The position numbers were made by a program, and so were the translations under genes. 64,000 bases of DNA from an uncultured Acidobacteriota bacterium (GTDB lineage: Bacteria; Acidobacteriota; Thermoanaerobaculia; Multivoradales; SZUA-115). The notes under the pieces are model-generated. The model ran no database searches. It was not told where the DNA came from and worked only from the letters and a program-made list of their open reading frames with translations. The stretch lies in the NCBI GenBank assembly GCA_963805975.1, contig CAWDVR010000002.1, positions 1 to 64,000 on the forward strand, read 5' to 3'. Below, one piece after another: positions 37,181-47,643 of the stretch (positions are counted from its first letter, which is position 1; each line of letters begins with the position of its first letter).

Positions 37181-39373
37181 TCAGATCTTCCCGCTCAACC
37201 CCACCGTGTAGCTCCTCCCCACCGCCCGGTCCGCGGCTTCGTCGGCGGCGGAGAAATAGCGCCGGTCGCCCAGGTTGCGGGCGGTGAGGCGCACCTCGAA
37301 GTTCTTCGCGAAGCGCCAGCCGCCGCCGGCATCGAAGATGGTGAAGCCCGGCCGGGGGTCCTCGGTCGGGCCCGGCTCGTCCTGCTCGAGGAACGTGGTC
37401 ACGCGGCCGAAGACGTAGCCGCTGCCGAAGGCGTAGCGGCCGGTGAGCCAGCCGTTGGGCGCCGTGATGTCGTCGATGTTCGCTCCGCCGTCGGTTTCGC
37501 CTTGTGCCCAGGTGGCACCCAGCTCGCCGCTCCAGGCGTCGGTGAAGGCCACCTGCCCTTCCAGCTCCAGGCCCTCGATGTTCGCTTCGCCGCGGTTCCT
37601 GAACTGGAAGTTGTCGCCGACCGTGAAGCGCTCGATCAGATCCTCGATGTCGTAGCGGTAGACGTAGAAGCCGAACGCCGTGCGGGCGTGGGCATAGCGC
37701 AGGCCGGCGTCGTACTGCAGGCTGGTCTCGGGATCGAGGTCGGGGTTGCCGACCACGAAGCCGCGCCCGGAAGGGCCGCGGAAGTAGCGGTCGGAGAGGG
37801 TCGGCGTGCGGAAGCCGCGCGCCACCTGGAGGGTCGCCGTCCAGTCGGTGGCCGGATGGGCGGTGAGCGCCAGGTTGCCGGAGAGCGCGGTGTGGTTCTG
37901 CGACTGGTCACCGAAGAAGCCGCCGGTGTTCTCGGTCGAGACGCGGTCGCCCCGCAGGCCGGCCCCGAAGCTGACCTTGGCGCCGAGGTCGCGGTTCCAG
38001 GTGGCGAAGAGGCCGGTCGCGATCTGGCGGGCGTCCTCGATCGAGTTGCTGACCGCCGTGCCGGTCACGGTGGTGGCGTCGGCCGCGAAGGTGGTACGGG
38101 TGAAGATCGCCTCCAGGTCGTAGCGGGCGTTGCCGTCGAGGCCGAGCTGCAACCGGCCGCCGCCCACCGGCCGGCCGGCCACGGCGCGGATCGAGGTGTC
38201 GTCGGCGTCCACGTCGGAGCGATCGATGCGCCGGGTCACGCCCGCTGCCGGAAACCGCTCGCGGTCGAGGATCAGGTGATAGGCGCCGGTGAAGAACGAG
38301 GCCTCGAGCGAGTCCCATCCGCCGCCGGGCACGCCGAGCCAGGAGGCGGTGAAGCGGTCCGAGTCCTCGGTCGGGTAGACGGCGCGGGTCGCCCGCGAGT
38401 CGATCGCCGCCTTGCCCAGATCGTCGTTGCGGTCGAGCGCCAGGCCCAGCCGCAGCCGGCCAGGGCCGGCATCGCGCACGTAGCGCACGGCCGCACCCTG
38501 GCCTTCGAATGCCGAGTTGAAGATCTCCTCGCCGCCACCCGCCTCGGCGTCGTCGGCGTCGCGGGAGTAAGCGTTCACCAGGAAGCTGCCGCCGGCCGCG
38601 TCCGCGGACGCACTGACGTCGCCGCCCTTCTGATCGATCGCACCGAGCCCGGCCTCGAGACCGAAGCGGAGGTGGAAACGGCCGGGCTCGGGGTCGCGGG
38701 TGATGGCGTTGATCACGCCACCGAAAGCGTCCGAGCCGTAGACCACGGAGCCGGGGCCGCGCAGCACTTCCACCGAGGCGAGGCTCGCCGGGTCGACGAA
38801 GGTGGCGGACGGGCCGGCGCGGCGCTCGGCGGTGACGCGGGCGCCGTCGATCAGGATCAGCGTCCGGCCGCGCCCCAGGTTGCGCAACGCCGGCACGCTG
38901 TCGACGCCGTCGCCGAGCTTGGAGGCGCCGGCGACCGACTCGAGCGCCTGGTAGATGCGCACCGGGGCACGCTGCTCGAGCTCCTCCTGGGTGAGCACGG
39001 TGCTGGCGTTGCCGGGCAGGATGTCGAGGCTCGGCGCGATGCCGGAGACCACGGTGACGCTGTCGCGCATCACCTCGGGCACGTTGAGCTCGAGCGTGCC
39101 CTCGGGCAGGGTCTCGACCGCCATCGGAGCCGACACGTCGCCGTTGGGGCCACTCGCCACGATCTCGAACGGGGTCTGGGGCGCGGGGTCGAAGGTAAAG
39201 CTGCCGTCGGGGCCGCAGCGCGCCGACTGCGACTGGCCGACCACGGTCACCACGTAGCCGGCGGCGGGGTCGCCCTCGGGCAGCAGCAGGCGGCCCTCGA
39301 GGGCCGCGAAGGCAGGGGAAGCGATGAGCAACACGGCCAGGACGAGACCCGGCCGCGACAGGCGAGAGATCAT
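37181..39373 (-). CDS. TonB-dependent receptor
   Basis: Signal peptide; TonB-box-like DSVTVV; plug VEVLRGPGSVVYGSDAFGGVIN; GNPDLDPE; NLGDRRY; C-terminal beta-strand. Confidence 0.92.
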   Translation of the reverse strand: MISRLSRPGLVLAVLLIASPAFAALEGRLLLPEGDPAAGYVVTVVGQSQSARCGPDGSFTFDPAPQTPFEIVASGPNGDVSAPMAVETLPEGTLELNVPEVMRDSVTVVSGIAPSLDILPGNASTVLTQEELEQRAPVRIYQALESVAGASKLGDGVDSVPALRNLGRGRTLILIDGARVTAERRAGPSATFVDPASLASVEVLRGPGSVVYGSDAFGGVINAITRDPEPGRFHLRFGLEAGLGAIDQKGGDVSASADAAGGSFLVNAYSRDADDAEAGGGEEIFNSAFEGQGAAVRYVRDAGPGRLRLGLALDRNDDLGKAAIDSRATRAVYPTEDSDRFTASWLGVPGGGWDSLEASFFTGAYHLILDRERFPAAGVTRRIDRSDVDADDTSIRAVAGRPVGGGRLQLGLDGNARYDLEAIFTRTTFAADATTVTGTAVSNSIEDARQIATGLFATWNRDLGAKVSFGAGLRGDRVSTENTGGFFGDQSQNHTALSGNLALTAHPATDWTATLQVARGFRTPTLSDRYFRGPSGRGFVVGNPDLDPETSLQYDAGLRYAHARTAFGFYVYRYDIEDLIERFTVGDNFQFRNRGEANIEGLELEGQVAFTDAWSGELGATWAQGETDGGANIDDITAPNGWLTGRYAFGSGYVFGRVTTFLEQDEPGPTEDPRPGFTIFDAGGGWRFAKNFEVRLTARNLGDRRYFSAADEAADRAVGRSYTVGLSGKI

Positions 39374-39480
39374 GGAGGTACCTCCAGAGAATCCGGTTCC
39401 AGGAAGCGGCACGCCACCCTCGGGCGAGGGGACGGCCAAGATCTACGCTCGGGGGATCGCGCGCTCCGGCGCGCCGGGGC

Positions 39481-40275
39481 TCACTCGTTGAGGCGCTGGA
39501 TGAGCGAGAGGATGGGAATGCTGCGCTGCGCGGGCGAGGTCCGGCTCGGCGTCGTGAGGGCCGACAGCGTGCCGCCCCAGGACTCCGCGGGCGCCTGGGC
39601 TTCCGGCGCCATCTCGCGCAGCGGTCCGGCCGCGAGCCACCACAGGCCCGCGGAGGGCTGCGCCGTGGGCGAGAGCGCGCTATCGGTCCCCAGGCTCTCG
39701 ACCTCCGTCCAGCCGCTGCCGTCGCGCCGTCCCTCGGCCCAGGCGGTGACGCCCGCGTCGCCCACGCGCGCCGGCTCGCCGCGCCGCAGGGACCAGCGGC
39801 GCGCCAGCGGCCGCACGGCGACGCCCCGTAGCTCGCGCACCCGGAACCGTGCCGCGACCGGCTGGTCGAACTCGCGTTTCTCGTTGCCGAAACGCAGCAG
39901 GAGGCGGGCATCGTCGGAGGGCGTCCCCGGCAGGCGGACGCTGACGCGGCGGCTCTCGACGGTCAGGTGCGGGGTCAACCGCACCGGAAAGGTGCGCCCC
40001 CCGTCGAGCGACCAGAAAGCCTCCCACTCTTCCACCTCTTCTAGCTCCTCGAGACCCGGACCCGGTACCCACTCGAGCCACACCAGCTCACCCGCACCCA
40101 GCTCGGCGCCGTCGAGCGGCGCCACGAGCCGGGCCAGGGGTTGGGCCCGCGGCCGCTCCTCCCGCTCCTCGGTCTCGGCAGCGATCGCGGGTGCCCCGGC
40201 AGCGGGCGCCGCGACCGCGAGCAGCAAGGTAAGGACCCCAGTCAGGCCCTGAATGAGAAGGCGGCGCCAGATCAT
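39481..40275 (-). CDS. Secreted hypothetical protein, translationally coupled to the borosin methyltransferase
   Basis: ATG overlaps the methyltransferase stop (ATGA); signal peptide; EWEAFWSLDGGRTFP; ends IQRLNE. Confidence 0.7.
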   Translation of the reverse strand: MIWRRLLIQGLTGVLTLLLAVAAPAAGAPAIAAETEEREERPRAQPLARLVAPLDGAELGAGELVWLEWVPGPGLEELEEVEEWEAFWSLDGGRTFPVRLTPHLTVESRRVSVRLPGTPSDDARLLLRFGNEKREFDQPVAARFRVRELRGVAVRPLARRWSLRRGEPARVGDAGVTAWAEGRRDGSGWTEVESLGTDSALSPTAQPSAGLWWLAAGPLREMAPEAQAPAESWGGTLSALTTPSRTSPAQRSIPILSLIQRLNE

Positions 40276-41075
40276 CGAGCCTGATTCTCCTCCACAGTGG
40301 TCTCTCCTCCCAGCCGCGCCAGCACCTCGGCATCCACGGGCGTGACTCCGAGCGGCGGCACGCAGAGGGTGGTGCGGACCGTGGCCGGAGCTCCGCCGAG
40401 CTCGGTGACCGGGAGGTGCAGCACACGGGGTCCGCAGACTGGATACGCGCTCGCCTCGTAAAGGGTTACCCGGTGGCGGGGCGGGTAGTGCCGGAGGAGC
40501 TCCTCGGAGAGCACTTCGAGGCCGCGGCGGTTCCACAGCTCGCCCTTGCGGAAGTCGCGCACGCCGATCACTCCCACCTGCCAGAGGACCAGCAGGCTGG
40601 CCGGGTCGAAGCGCCGCCGGCGGATCAGGAAGTCGGTGGCCTCGAAGGACTGGCAGCCGAGCGCGCCGGGGTCGAGGCCGAGGTCGGCGAACAGGCAGTC
40701 CTCGGCGGAGATGCCGGGGAGCATCCGCGCCTCGTAGCCCTCGGCACGCGCTTGGCGGATCGCTTCGTGCGGCGGCGTGGCGAAGACCCCCGGGTGCCCG
40801 TAGAACGCGGCGCACACCCAGCGGCCGTCGCGCACCGGCGCCAGGATGCGCTCGGCCATCTCGATATAGGTCTCGCCGCGGTCGCGGCCGGGGTGGTAGC
40901 TCGAGTGCAGGGACTCGGCGGTGGGGTTTTTTTCCTCGAGCCAGCGGCTGGTCACGTTGTCGTTCACCAGGTAGAAGAGCCGGTCCGCTCTCTCGATGGC
41001 GGACAGCGCCTCGCGGGTCACCTGGCCGGCCAGAGAGAAGCCCGTGCCCACCACTGTGAGCGAACCATTCGCCAT
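40272..41075 (-). CDS. Borosin-type peptide backbone alpha-N-methyltransferase (OphMA/SonM family)
   Basis: GSLTVVGTG, Y-x5-R-x3-Y (YHPGRDRGETY), FYGHPGVF, PGISAEDCLFADLGLDP, GCQSFEAT and LWQVG motifs; RBS GAGGAG. Confidence 0.9.
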   Translation of the reverse strand: MANGSLTVVGTGFSLAGQVTREALSAIERADRLFYLVNDNVTSRWLEEKNPTAESLHSSYHPGRDRGETYIEMAERILAPVRDGRWVCAAFYGHPGVFATPPHEAIRQARAEGYEARMLPGISAEDCLFADLGLDPGALGCQSFEATDFLIRRRRFDPASLLVLWQVGVIGVRDFRKGELWNRRGLEVLSEELLRHYPPRHRVTLYEASAYPVCGPRVLHLPVTELGGAPATVRTTLCVPPLGVTPVDAEVLARLGGETTVEENQAR

Positions 41076-41134
41076 CGCTTAAATTCTCCTCGCGTGGTAC
41101 TCTAACGCCTTCCCATTCGATGAAGGGGGGTACG

Positions 41135-41350
41135 ATGGCCCTGCAGGACCTGCAGAAGTTCCTTTTGGACCTTTCTGAGCAGCCCGGTTTGCGGACGCAG
41201 TTCAAGGAGTCCCCCGACGAGATCATGACTGCCGCAGGCCTCACGGAGGAGGAGCAGGCGCTCGTCCGCTCGGGCGACGAGAAGGCGATCCGTAGCTACC
41301 TCGGCGACGAGGGCGAGACCTGCAGCGCGATCAAGACGACGTTTTGCTAG
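41135..41350 (+). CDS. Split-borosin precursor peptide (SonA-like borosin-binding domain + C-terminal core)
   Basis: LQKFLLDL...FKESPDEIMTAAGLTEEEQALVRSGD helical-bundle pattern plus tail [11 protein letters not shown]; G-rich RBS; 59 bp from the methyltransferase start. Confidence 0.85.
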   Translation: MALQDLQKFLLDLSEQPGLRTQFKESPDEIMTAAGLTEEEQALVRSGDEKAIRSYLGDEGETCSAIKTTFC

Positions 41351-43784
41351 GCGACGGCAGCCCGACGGCCTCGAGCAGCCGCTCGAAGCGTGGCTCGCCG
41401 TAGAGCGGCCGATAGTCCGGCACCACGGCCAGCCAGCCGAGCACCCAGGCCTTGCGCTGGTACCCCCGCTCGAGCCAGGCGAGGGCCTTCTCTTTCTCGC
41501 CGGCGAGCGCCAGCAGGCCGGCCACCACCCCGATGTGCGCCGGCGTCTCCTCCCGCACCTGATCGAGCTCCAGGGCCACCCAGCGCAGGGCGGCCGTGTA
41601 GCCGCTCGCGGCCAGGATCTCGTCGTAGCGCGGCAGCAGCTCCGGATGACCGAAGCCTGCGAGGTAGCGCCGCAGCTCCTGGCCGCGCTCGGGGTCCTTG
41701 CCCAGGCTGTCGTAGACCAGCCACAGCGAGTCGTGGGTGGGGCTGTAGGTCGGGTCGAGCTCGAGCGCGTGCCGGAGCTCGCGGATCGCCGCCTCGTACT
41801 GCTTCTCGAACAAATATTGCACCCCGACGTCGACGCGCGCCCGGACGGAGACCGGGTCGAGCGCGGCGGCGCGCTCGATCTCGGCGCGGGACTCGACGAA
41901 CCGGCGCTGGCAGACGAGGAGCATCCAGTACTTGCGCCGCGCGAGGGCCGAGCTGGGATCGAGCTCCACGGCGCGGCGGATCTCGCGCTCCGCCGCCGCC
42001 CACTGCCAGCGGTCGAGCGCCAGCTCGCCCAGCGCGGCATGGCCCTCGGCCAGGGTCTCGTCCAGTGCGATGGCGCGCCGCGCCGCCTCCTCGGCCTGGG
42101 GCAGGAGCTCGGCCGGATCGGCGTGAAACGAGGCCTGCCAGATCAGCGAGTCGGCGAGGCCCGCCCAGGCGGGCGCAAAGCTCGGGTCGCTGTCGAGCGC
42201 GCTCTTGAAGAACTTCTGCGCCTGCCGGTGCGCCTCCTCGCCGGAGCGGCTGGCGTGGAACTTCCCCTGCAAGTAGGCCTGGTACACCTCGGGGTCGACG
42301 GAGCGGGTGCTCGCCATGCGCGTGGCCTCGGCGGTGGAGAGCTCGATGCCCGCGGCCTGGGCGATCGAGGTGGCGAAGGTATTGTGCAGAGCGGTGACGT
42401 CCGAGAACGCCCGCTCCAGGCTGTCGGACCACAGGGTGGCCTCGGGCCGGGCGCGGACCAGTTGCGCGGAGAGGCGTACCTTCTCCCCCATCCGCTCGAC
42501 GGAGCCCTCCACCACGTAGTCCACGCCGAGGTCGGAGGCGATCTCCGAGGCCAGCTTGCGCGAGCCCTTGTAGTGCATGGCGGACTGGCGGGAGATGACG
42601 CGCAGCGCCTTGATCTTGGCGAGCGAGGAGATCAGGCCGTCGGTCATGCCGTCCACGAAGTACTCGGGCTCGCCGGAGAAGCTGGCGAGCGGCAGCACGA
42701 CCAGCGCCGGCTGCGCGGTCTGGGCGCGGGAGGTGGCGGCCAAAGGTTTCTGACGCTCGGTGGCCGGCCGGCCACGCCGGTACCAGGCGCCGGCCCCGCC
42801 GGCGACCAGCGCCAGGGCCACCGCCGCCGCTACCCAGCGGGTGGTGGCGCGGCGCGGGCGCCAGGGCAGGCTCAGGGAGGCGCTGCTGAGCGCACCCCGG
42901 CCGAGCGTGCCCCGGGTGGTGAGCTTCTGGGCCGCGCCGGCCAGCGCTTCGCGCGCCTCGGCCGCGGACTGGTAGCGCGCTTCCGGCGTCTTTTCCAGGC
43001 AGCGCAGCACGACCTCGTTGAGGCCGGCGGGAAGGTTCGGCTTCAGCCGCCGCATAGCGGCCGGCTGGTCGCGCAGCACCGCGGAGATCAGATCGGCCGG
43101 GTTGGCGCCCTGGAACGGGCAGACGCCGGTCGCCATCTCGTAGAGCACGACGCCGAGCGCGAAGACGTCCACCCGCGGGTCCGGGGTACGGCCCTGGAGC
43201 TGCTCGGGCGCCATGTAGGCGAGCGTGCCGATGATCCGCCCCTCGCGGGTCAGGCTGTCCCCCGTCATGCCGGCCCGGGGCAGGCCGTGGAGCTGGGTGG
43301 CGTCGCTGTCGCCGGAATAGAGCTTGGCGAGGCCGAAGTCGAGCACCTTCACCCGGCCCTCGGGGGTGACCATGATGTTGCCGGGCTTGAAGTCGCGGTG
43401 GGTGATGCCGCGCGCATGCGCCGCGGCCAGGGCGTCGGCCATCGGCACCGCCAGGCGCAGCACCTCGCGCGTGTCGAGGCCACCGGCCGGGATCATCTGC
43501 TCGAGCGTCTTGCCCTCGACGTGCTCCATGGTCAGGAAGCGCTCGCCGGCGGCTTCCTCGACCGAGTAGAGGGTGACGATGTTCGGGTGGTTGAGGGCGG
43601 CGACCGCCTTGGCCTCGCGCTCGAAGCGGCGCATCGGCTGCGGATCGTGCGCCATCTCGGGCGGCAGGAACTTGAGCGCCACCTTGCGCTGCAGGCGCAT
43701 GTCCTCGGCGAGATACACCACGCCCATCCCGCCCTCGCCGAGCTTGTCCAGGATGCGGTAGTGGGAAAAGGTACGGCCGACCAC
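41331..43784 (-). CDS. Ser/Thr protein kinase + TM + TolB-N-like domain + TPRs
   Basis: [26 protein letters not shown] and YMAPEQ kinase motifs; [12 protein letters not shown]; TPRs. Confidence 0.92.
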   Translation of the reverse strand: MVGRTFSHYRILDKLGEGGMGVVYLAEDMRLQRKVALKFLPPEMAHDPQPMRRFEREAKAVAALNHPNIVTLYSVEEAAGERFLTMEHVEGKTLEQMIPAGGLDTREVLRLAVPMADALAAAHARGITHRDFKPGNIMVTPEGRVKVLDFGLAKLYSGDSDATQLHGLPRAGMTGDSLTREGRIIGTLAYMAPEQLQGRTPDPRVDVFALGVVLYEMATGVCPFQGANPADLISAVLRDQPAAMRRLKPNLPAGLNEVVLRCLEKTPEARYQSAAEAREALAGAAQKLTTRGTLGRGALSSASLSLPWRPRRATTRWVAAAVALALVAGGAGAWYRRGRPATERQKPLAATSRAQTAQPALVVLPLASFSGEPEYFVDGMTDGLISSLAKIKALRVISRQSAMHYKGSRKLASEIASDLGVDYVVEGSVERMGEKVRLSAQLVRARPEATLWSDSLERAFSDVTALHNTFATSIAQAAGIELSTAEATRMASTRSVDPEVYQAYLQGKFHASRSGEEAHRQAQKFFKSALDSDPSFAPAWAGLADSLIWQASFHADPAELLPQAEEAARRAIALDETLAEGHAALGELALDRWQWAAAEREIRRAVELDPSSALARRKYWMLLVCQRRFVESRAEIERAAALDPVSVRARVDVGVQYLFEKQYEAAIRELRHALELDPTYSPTHDSLWLVYDSLGKDPERGQELRRYLAGFGHPELLPRYDEILAASGYTAALRWVALELDQVREETPAHIGVVAGLLALAGEKEKALAWLERGYQRKAWVLGWLAVVPDYRPLYGEPRFERLLEAVGLPSPSKTSS

Positions 43785-43957
43785 GGGGTTCCTGGGCCGG
43801 TACTCTAGCAGCCCGCGGCCGAGCCGGCTGTGGAGTGCCAACGCCCCGGCGGCTACGTTGGCGCGATCGGGGCGAAAACCCTTGACCCTTTCCTACAGGA
43901 GTAGTAGAAAGAGCCGAGCCCATCCGCTCCCGCCTCGGGGAGCAAAAAGGAGGCTGC

Positions 43958-45265
43958 ATGCCGCGCTCGGCCCGTTTCAGCTCGATCCTGGTTCTCGCTG
44001 CTCTCGCCACCTCCTCCGGCGTTCTGGCCGACGACTGGCCGCAGTGGCGCGGCCCGCGGCGGGACGGCAAGTCCGCCGAGACCGGCCTGCTCACGGAATG
44101 GAAGGAAGGAGGCCCGCCGCTCGCCTGGCAGGCGAGCGGCCTGGGAGGCGGGTTCTCGAGCCTCGCCATCACCGGCGGCCGGATCTACACCATGGGTGAC
44201 CTCGAGGGGGGCGAGGCCGAGGGCGGCCAACACGTGCTGGCCCTCGATGCCGCCAACGGCAAGGTGGTGTGGAAGACGCGGATCGGCCCGAAGTGGGAGG
44301 ACGAGTACGGCGGCTCGCGCGCCACTCCCACCGTCGACGGTGGCCAGGTCTTCGCGGTCTCGACCGAGGGCGAGGTCGTCTGCCTCGAAGCCGCCACCGG
44401 CAAGCAGGTGTGGAGCCGCAGCCTGGCCAAGGACTTCGGCGGCCGGATGATGGAGATCCGGGGCACCCACTGGAAGTTCTCCGAGTCGCCGCTCGTCGAT
44501 GGCGACGCGGTGATCGTGACGCCGGGCGCCAAGGCCGCCGCGCTGGTGGCGCTCGATCGCAAGACCGGCGCCGAGCGCTGGCGCACGGCGCTGCCGGACC
44601 TGGGGCCCAAGGGTGCCGACGGCGCGGGCTACTCCTCGGTGGTGATCTCGCACGGTGCCGGCGTCAAGCAGTACGTGCAGCTCCTGGGCCGCGGCCTGGT
44701 CGGCGTGGATGCCAAGACCGGCAAGTTCCTGTGGGGCTACAACAAGGTGGCGAACGACGTGGCGAACATCCCCACGCCGCTCGTCGACGGCGATCACGTG
44801 TTCACGGCCACCGGCTACGGCGCCGGCGGCGCGCTCCTCGAGCTGCGCAAGAACGGCGACGGCGTGGCGGCCAACGAGGTCTACTTCCTCGCCGGCGACA
44901 CCTTCCAGAACCACCACGGCGGCATGATCCTGGACCACGGCTTCGTGTTCGCCGGCACCGGCCACAACAAGGGCTTCCCGGTGAGCCTGAAGCTGGCCGA
45001 CGGCAAGCTCGCCTGGGGGCCCATCCGCAACCAGGGCCAGGGCTCGGCGGCCGTCACGTTCGCCGACGGCCACCTCTACATGCGCTACCAGAACGGCCTC
45101 GTGCTGCTGGTCGAGGCGACGCCCGAGGGCTACCGCGAGAAGGGCTCGTTCAAGATCCCCAACGTCAATCACCCGAGCTGGTCGCACCCGGTGGTGGCGG
45201 GCGGCAAGCTCTTCCTGCGCGAGCAGGGCACGCTCTACGTCTACGACCTGAAAGCCACCGGCTGA
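43958..45265 (+). CDS. Secreted PQQ-like beta-propeller protein
   Basis: DWPQWRGP and repeated LDAxxGKxxW motifs; WSHPVV. Confidence 0.88.
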   Translation: MPRSARFSSILVLAALATSSGVLADDWPQWRGPRRDGKSAETGLLTEWKEGGPPLAWQASGLGGGFSSLAITGGRIYTMGDLEGGEAEGGQHVLALDAANGKVVWKTRIGPKWEDEYGGSRATPTVDGGQVFAVSTEGEVVCLEAATGKQVWSRSLAKDFGGRMMEIRGTHWKFSESPLVDGDAVIVTPGAKAAALVALDRKTGAERWRTALPDLGPKGADGAGYSSVVISHGAGVKQYVQLLGRGLVGVDAKTGKFLWGYNKVANDVANIPTPLVDGDHVFTATGYGAGGALLELRKNGDGVAANEVYFLAGDTFQNHHGGMILDHGFVFAGTGHNKGFPVSLKLADGKLAWGPIRNQGQGSAAVTFADGHLYMRYQNGLVLLVEATPEGYREKGSFKIPNVNHPSWSHPVVAGGKLFLREQGTLYVYDLKATG

Positions 45266-45291
45266 GAGCCGTGGAGAAAAAGGAGCTTTCC

Positions 45292-46422
45292 ATGCGCCTG
45301 TCCCCCCGCTCGTGGCTCGCGATCGTCGTCACCCTGGCCGTGGCCCTGGCTGCCGGCTGGGCCCTCGCCTCCAACACCCCGGAGCTGGCGGCGCCGAGGA
45401 CCGGCGCCTGGAAATCCGCCGGCGCCCTGGCCTTCGGGCCCGGCGGCGTGCTCTTCGTGGGCGACTCCGAGGGCGCCGCGATCTACGCCCTCGAGACCCG
45501 CGCCGGCTCGCCGCCGGCAGCCGAGCAGAAGCTCGCGCCGGTCCGCGACCTCGACGAGAAGCTGGCGGCCTACCTCGGCACCACGGCGCGCGAGGTAGCG
45601 GTCAACGACATGGCCGTTCACCCTGCGGACAAGGCCGTCTACCTCTCGCTGACCCGCGGCCGCGGCCAGGCCGCGCAGCCGGCCCTGCTGCGACTGGCGC
45701 GCGACGGCTCGCTCTCCGAGGTGCCTCTCGACCCGGCGCGCACCAGCCGGCTCGACCTCGCCAACGCTCCGGCACCGGACGCCAAGCGCGGCGAGCGGCG
45801 CCTGCGCGGCCTCACCATCACCGACATGGAGCTGGTCGACGGCGAGCTCTACGTCGCCGGCCTGTCGAACGAGGAGTTCGCCTCGGTGCTGCGGCGGGTG
45901 CCGTACCCGTTCGGCAGCGAGGTCAAGGCCACCGGCCTCGAGATCTACCACGGCGCGCACGGCACCTACGAGACCTTCGCGCCGATCTACACCTTCATCC
46001 CCTTCGAGGCGGGCGGCAAGCGGCAGATCCTGGCGAGCTACGTCTGCACGCCGCTCGTCGCCTTCCCGCTGGACGAGGTCAAGACCGCGCCGCGGCTGCG
46101 CGGCAAGACCCTGGCCGAGCTCGGCTGGGGCAACGTGCCGTTCGACATGGTCCCCTACGAGAGCGCGGGCCAGCGCTACGTGCTGATGGCCAACAGCAGC
46201 CGAGGCACGATGAAGATGCGGCTGGTGGACATCGAGGCCGCGCTCGGCAAGCCGGGGATCGATACCAAGTCCGACGCCCGCACCGGCGTCGCCTTCTCCA
46301 ACTCGCCGGTCGCCGGCGTGGTGCAGCTCGCCGACCTCGACACCGAGAACGTGCTGGTGCTGTCGCGCGACCTGTCGTACGGCGGGCTGACGCTCGCGCC
46401 GCGCGCCAAAGACTCCCTGTGA
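45292..46422 (+). CDS. Secreted hypothetical protein (probable beta-propeller)
   Basis: RBS AAGGAG; signal peptide; LAFGPGGVLFVGDS, GLSNEEF, IYHGAHG and YVCTPLV motifs. Confidence 0.75.
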   Translation: MRLSPRSWLAIVVTLAVALAAGWALASNTPELAAPRTGAWKSAGALAFGPGGVLFVGDSEGAAIYALETRAGSPPAAEQKLAPVRDLDEKLAAYLGTTAREVAVNDMAVHPADKAVYLSLTRGRGQAAQPALLRLARDGSLSEVPLDPARTSRLDLANAPAPDAKRGERRLRGLTITDMELVDGELYVAGLSNEEFASVLRRVPYPFGSEVKATGLEIYHGAHGTYETFAPIYTFIPFEAGGKRQILASYVCTPLVAFPLDEVKTAPRLRGKTLAELGWGNVPFDMVPYESAGQRYVLMANSSRGTMKMRLVDIEAALGKPGIDTKSDARTGVAFSNSPVAGVVQLADLDTENVLVLSRDLSYGGLTLAPRAKDSL

Positions 46423-47570
46423 GGCTGGCGCGGGCGCTCGCCTGCGGCCTGCTGCTCGCGGGCTGCGGTGAGGACCGGGCCGGCCGCGGGCCGGAGATCC
46501 GTTTCGAGGCCGAGTCCGGCACCGTGGCCCTCGACGGCCTGCCGCGGGAGGCGATCGCGGCCCTGCGCCACGAGCCGGCCGATACCTGGCCCATACACTT
46601 TCCCGTCGCGACCGCCGCAGCAGCCGGGCGGGACGACCGACCGCCCGTGCTCGGCTCGTACGCCGTCGAAGGCGATCGCGTGCGCTTCCGGCCGCGCTTC
46701 CCCTTCCTGCCGGGTCAGGGTTACATCGCGCGCTGGCTCCCGCCGGGCGCCCCACCCGGCACGGGGCCGGCCGCGGAGCTCCGGTTCTCCCTGCCCCGCC
46801 CTGCGCTCGCGCCCAGCACGGTGGTGTCCCACGTCTACCCCACGGGCGTCGAGCTGCCGGAGAACCTCCTCAAGCTCTACGTCCACTTCTCAGCCCCCAT
46901 GAGCCGCAGCGACGCTCGCCATCATCTGCACCTCCTCACGGATGACGGCTCCGAGGTGGCGGCGCCTTTCGCGCTGCCCGAGGTCGAGCTGTGGAACGAG
47001 GAGACCACCCGGCTTACCGTGCTCCTCGACCCCGGCCGCATCAAGCGCGGTGTGGGGCCGAACGAGCAGGCCGGGCCGCCGCTCGTCGCCGGCCGACTCT
47101 ACCGACTGCGGATCGATGCCGAGTGGGAGGACGCCCAGGGCAATCCTCTGGCTTCCCCGTTCGAGAAGCGCTTCCGCGCCGCGCCGGCGGACCGCGATGC
47201 GCCCGCGGTCGAGAGCTGGCTGCTCGAGCCCCCGGAGCACCGTTCCTCGCCGCTCGCCCTGCGTCTCTCCGAGCGCCTCGACCACGCGCTCCTCCTCGGC
47301 TGCCTGACGGTGGTGGACAGCGAGGGCGTCGCCGTGGAGGGCACGGTCGAGATCCCGGCCGGCGAGACGAGCTGGCTCTTCCGGCCGCGCGCGCCCTGGC
47401 GGGCGGGGAGCTACACCCTCCGCATCGAGACCCGCCTCGAGGACTTGGCCGGCAACAGCCTGCGGCGGCCCTTCGAGACGCCGGTCGCCGTGGAGGCCGG
47501 AGAACAGGACCCCTCCTCGGGCGTAGTGGAGCTCCCGTTCACCGTGAAAGGGCCGCCGGCAAGCGGGTAA
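46419..47570 (+). CDS. Lipoprotein with Ig-like domains
   Basis: GTG overlapping the upstream stop; lipobox LLAGC; LPENLLKLYVHFSAPM, DPGRIKRG and LEDLAGN motifs. Confidence 0.75.
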   Translation: MRLARALACGLLLAGCGEDRAGRGPEIRFEAESGTVALDGLPREAIAALRHEPADTWPIHFPVATAAAAGRDDRPPVLGSYAVEGDRVRFRPRFPFLPGQGYIARWLPPGAPPGTGPAAELRFSLPRPALAPSTVVSHVYPTGVELPENLLKLYVHFSAPMSRSDARHHLHLLTDDGSEVAAPFALPEVELWNEETTRLTVLLDPGRIKRGVGPNEQAGPPLVAGRLYRLRIDAEWEDAQGNPLASPFEKRFRAAPADRDAPAVESWLLEPPEHRSSPLALRLSERLDHALLLGCLTVVDSEGVAVEGTVEIPAGETSWLFRPRAPWRAGSYTLRIETRLEDLAGNSLRRPFETPVAVEAGEQDPSSGVVELPFTVKGPPASG

Positions 47571-47643
47571 TCTCCTCCTGTACAGGCTGCGAGGAGGTGG
47601 GCCATGGCGGTATGGCGAGGGCCTGTTTCGGAGAGTCGTATCC

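Noticed and set aside
40272-41075. Cobalamin/siroheme tetrapyrrole methylase
   Set aside because: It has the borosin-specific YGHP and AEDC motifs rather than GDP, an adjacent precursor-like ORF, and no cob/cys genes nearby.
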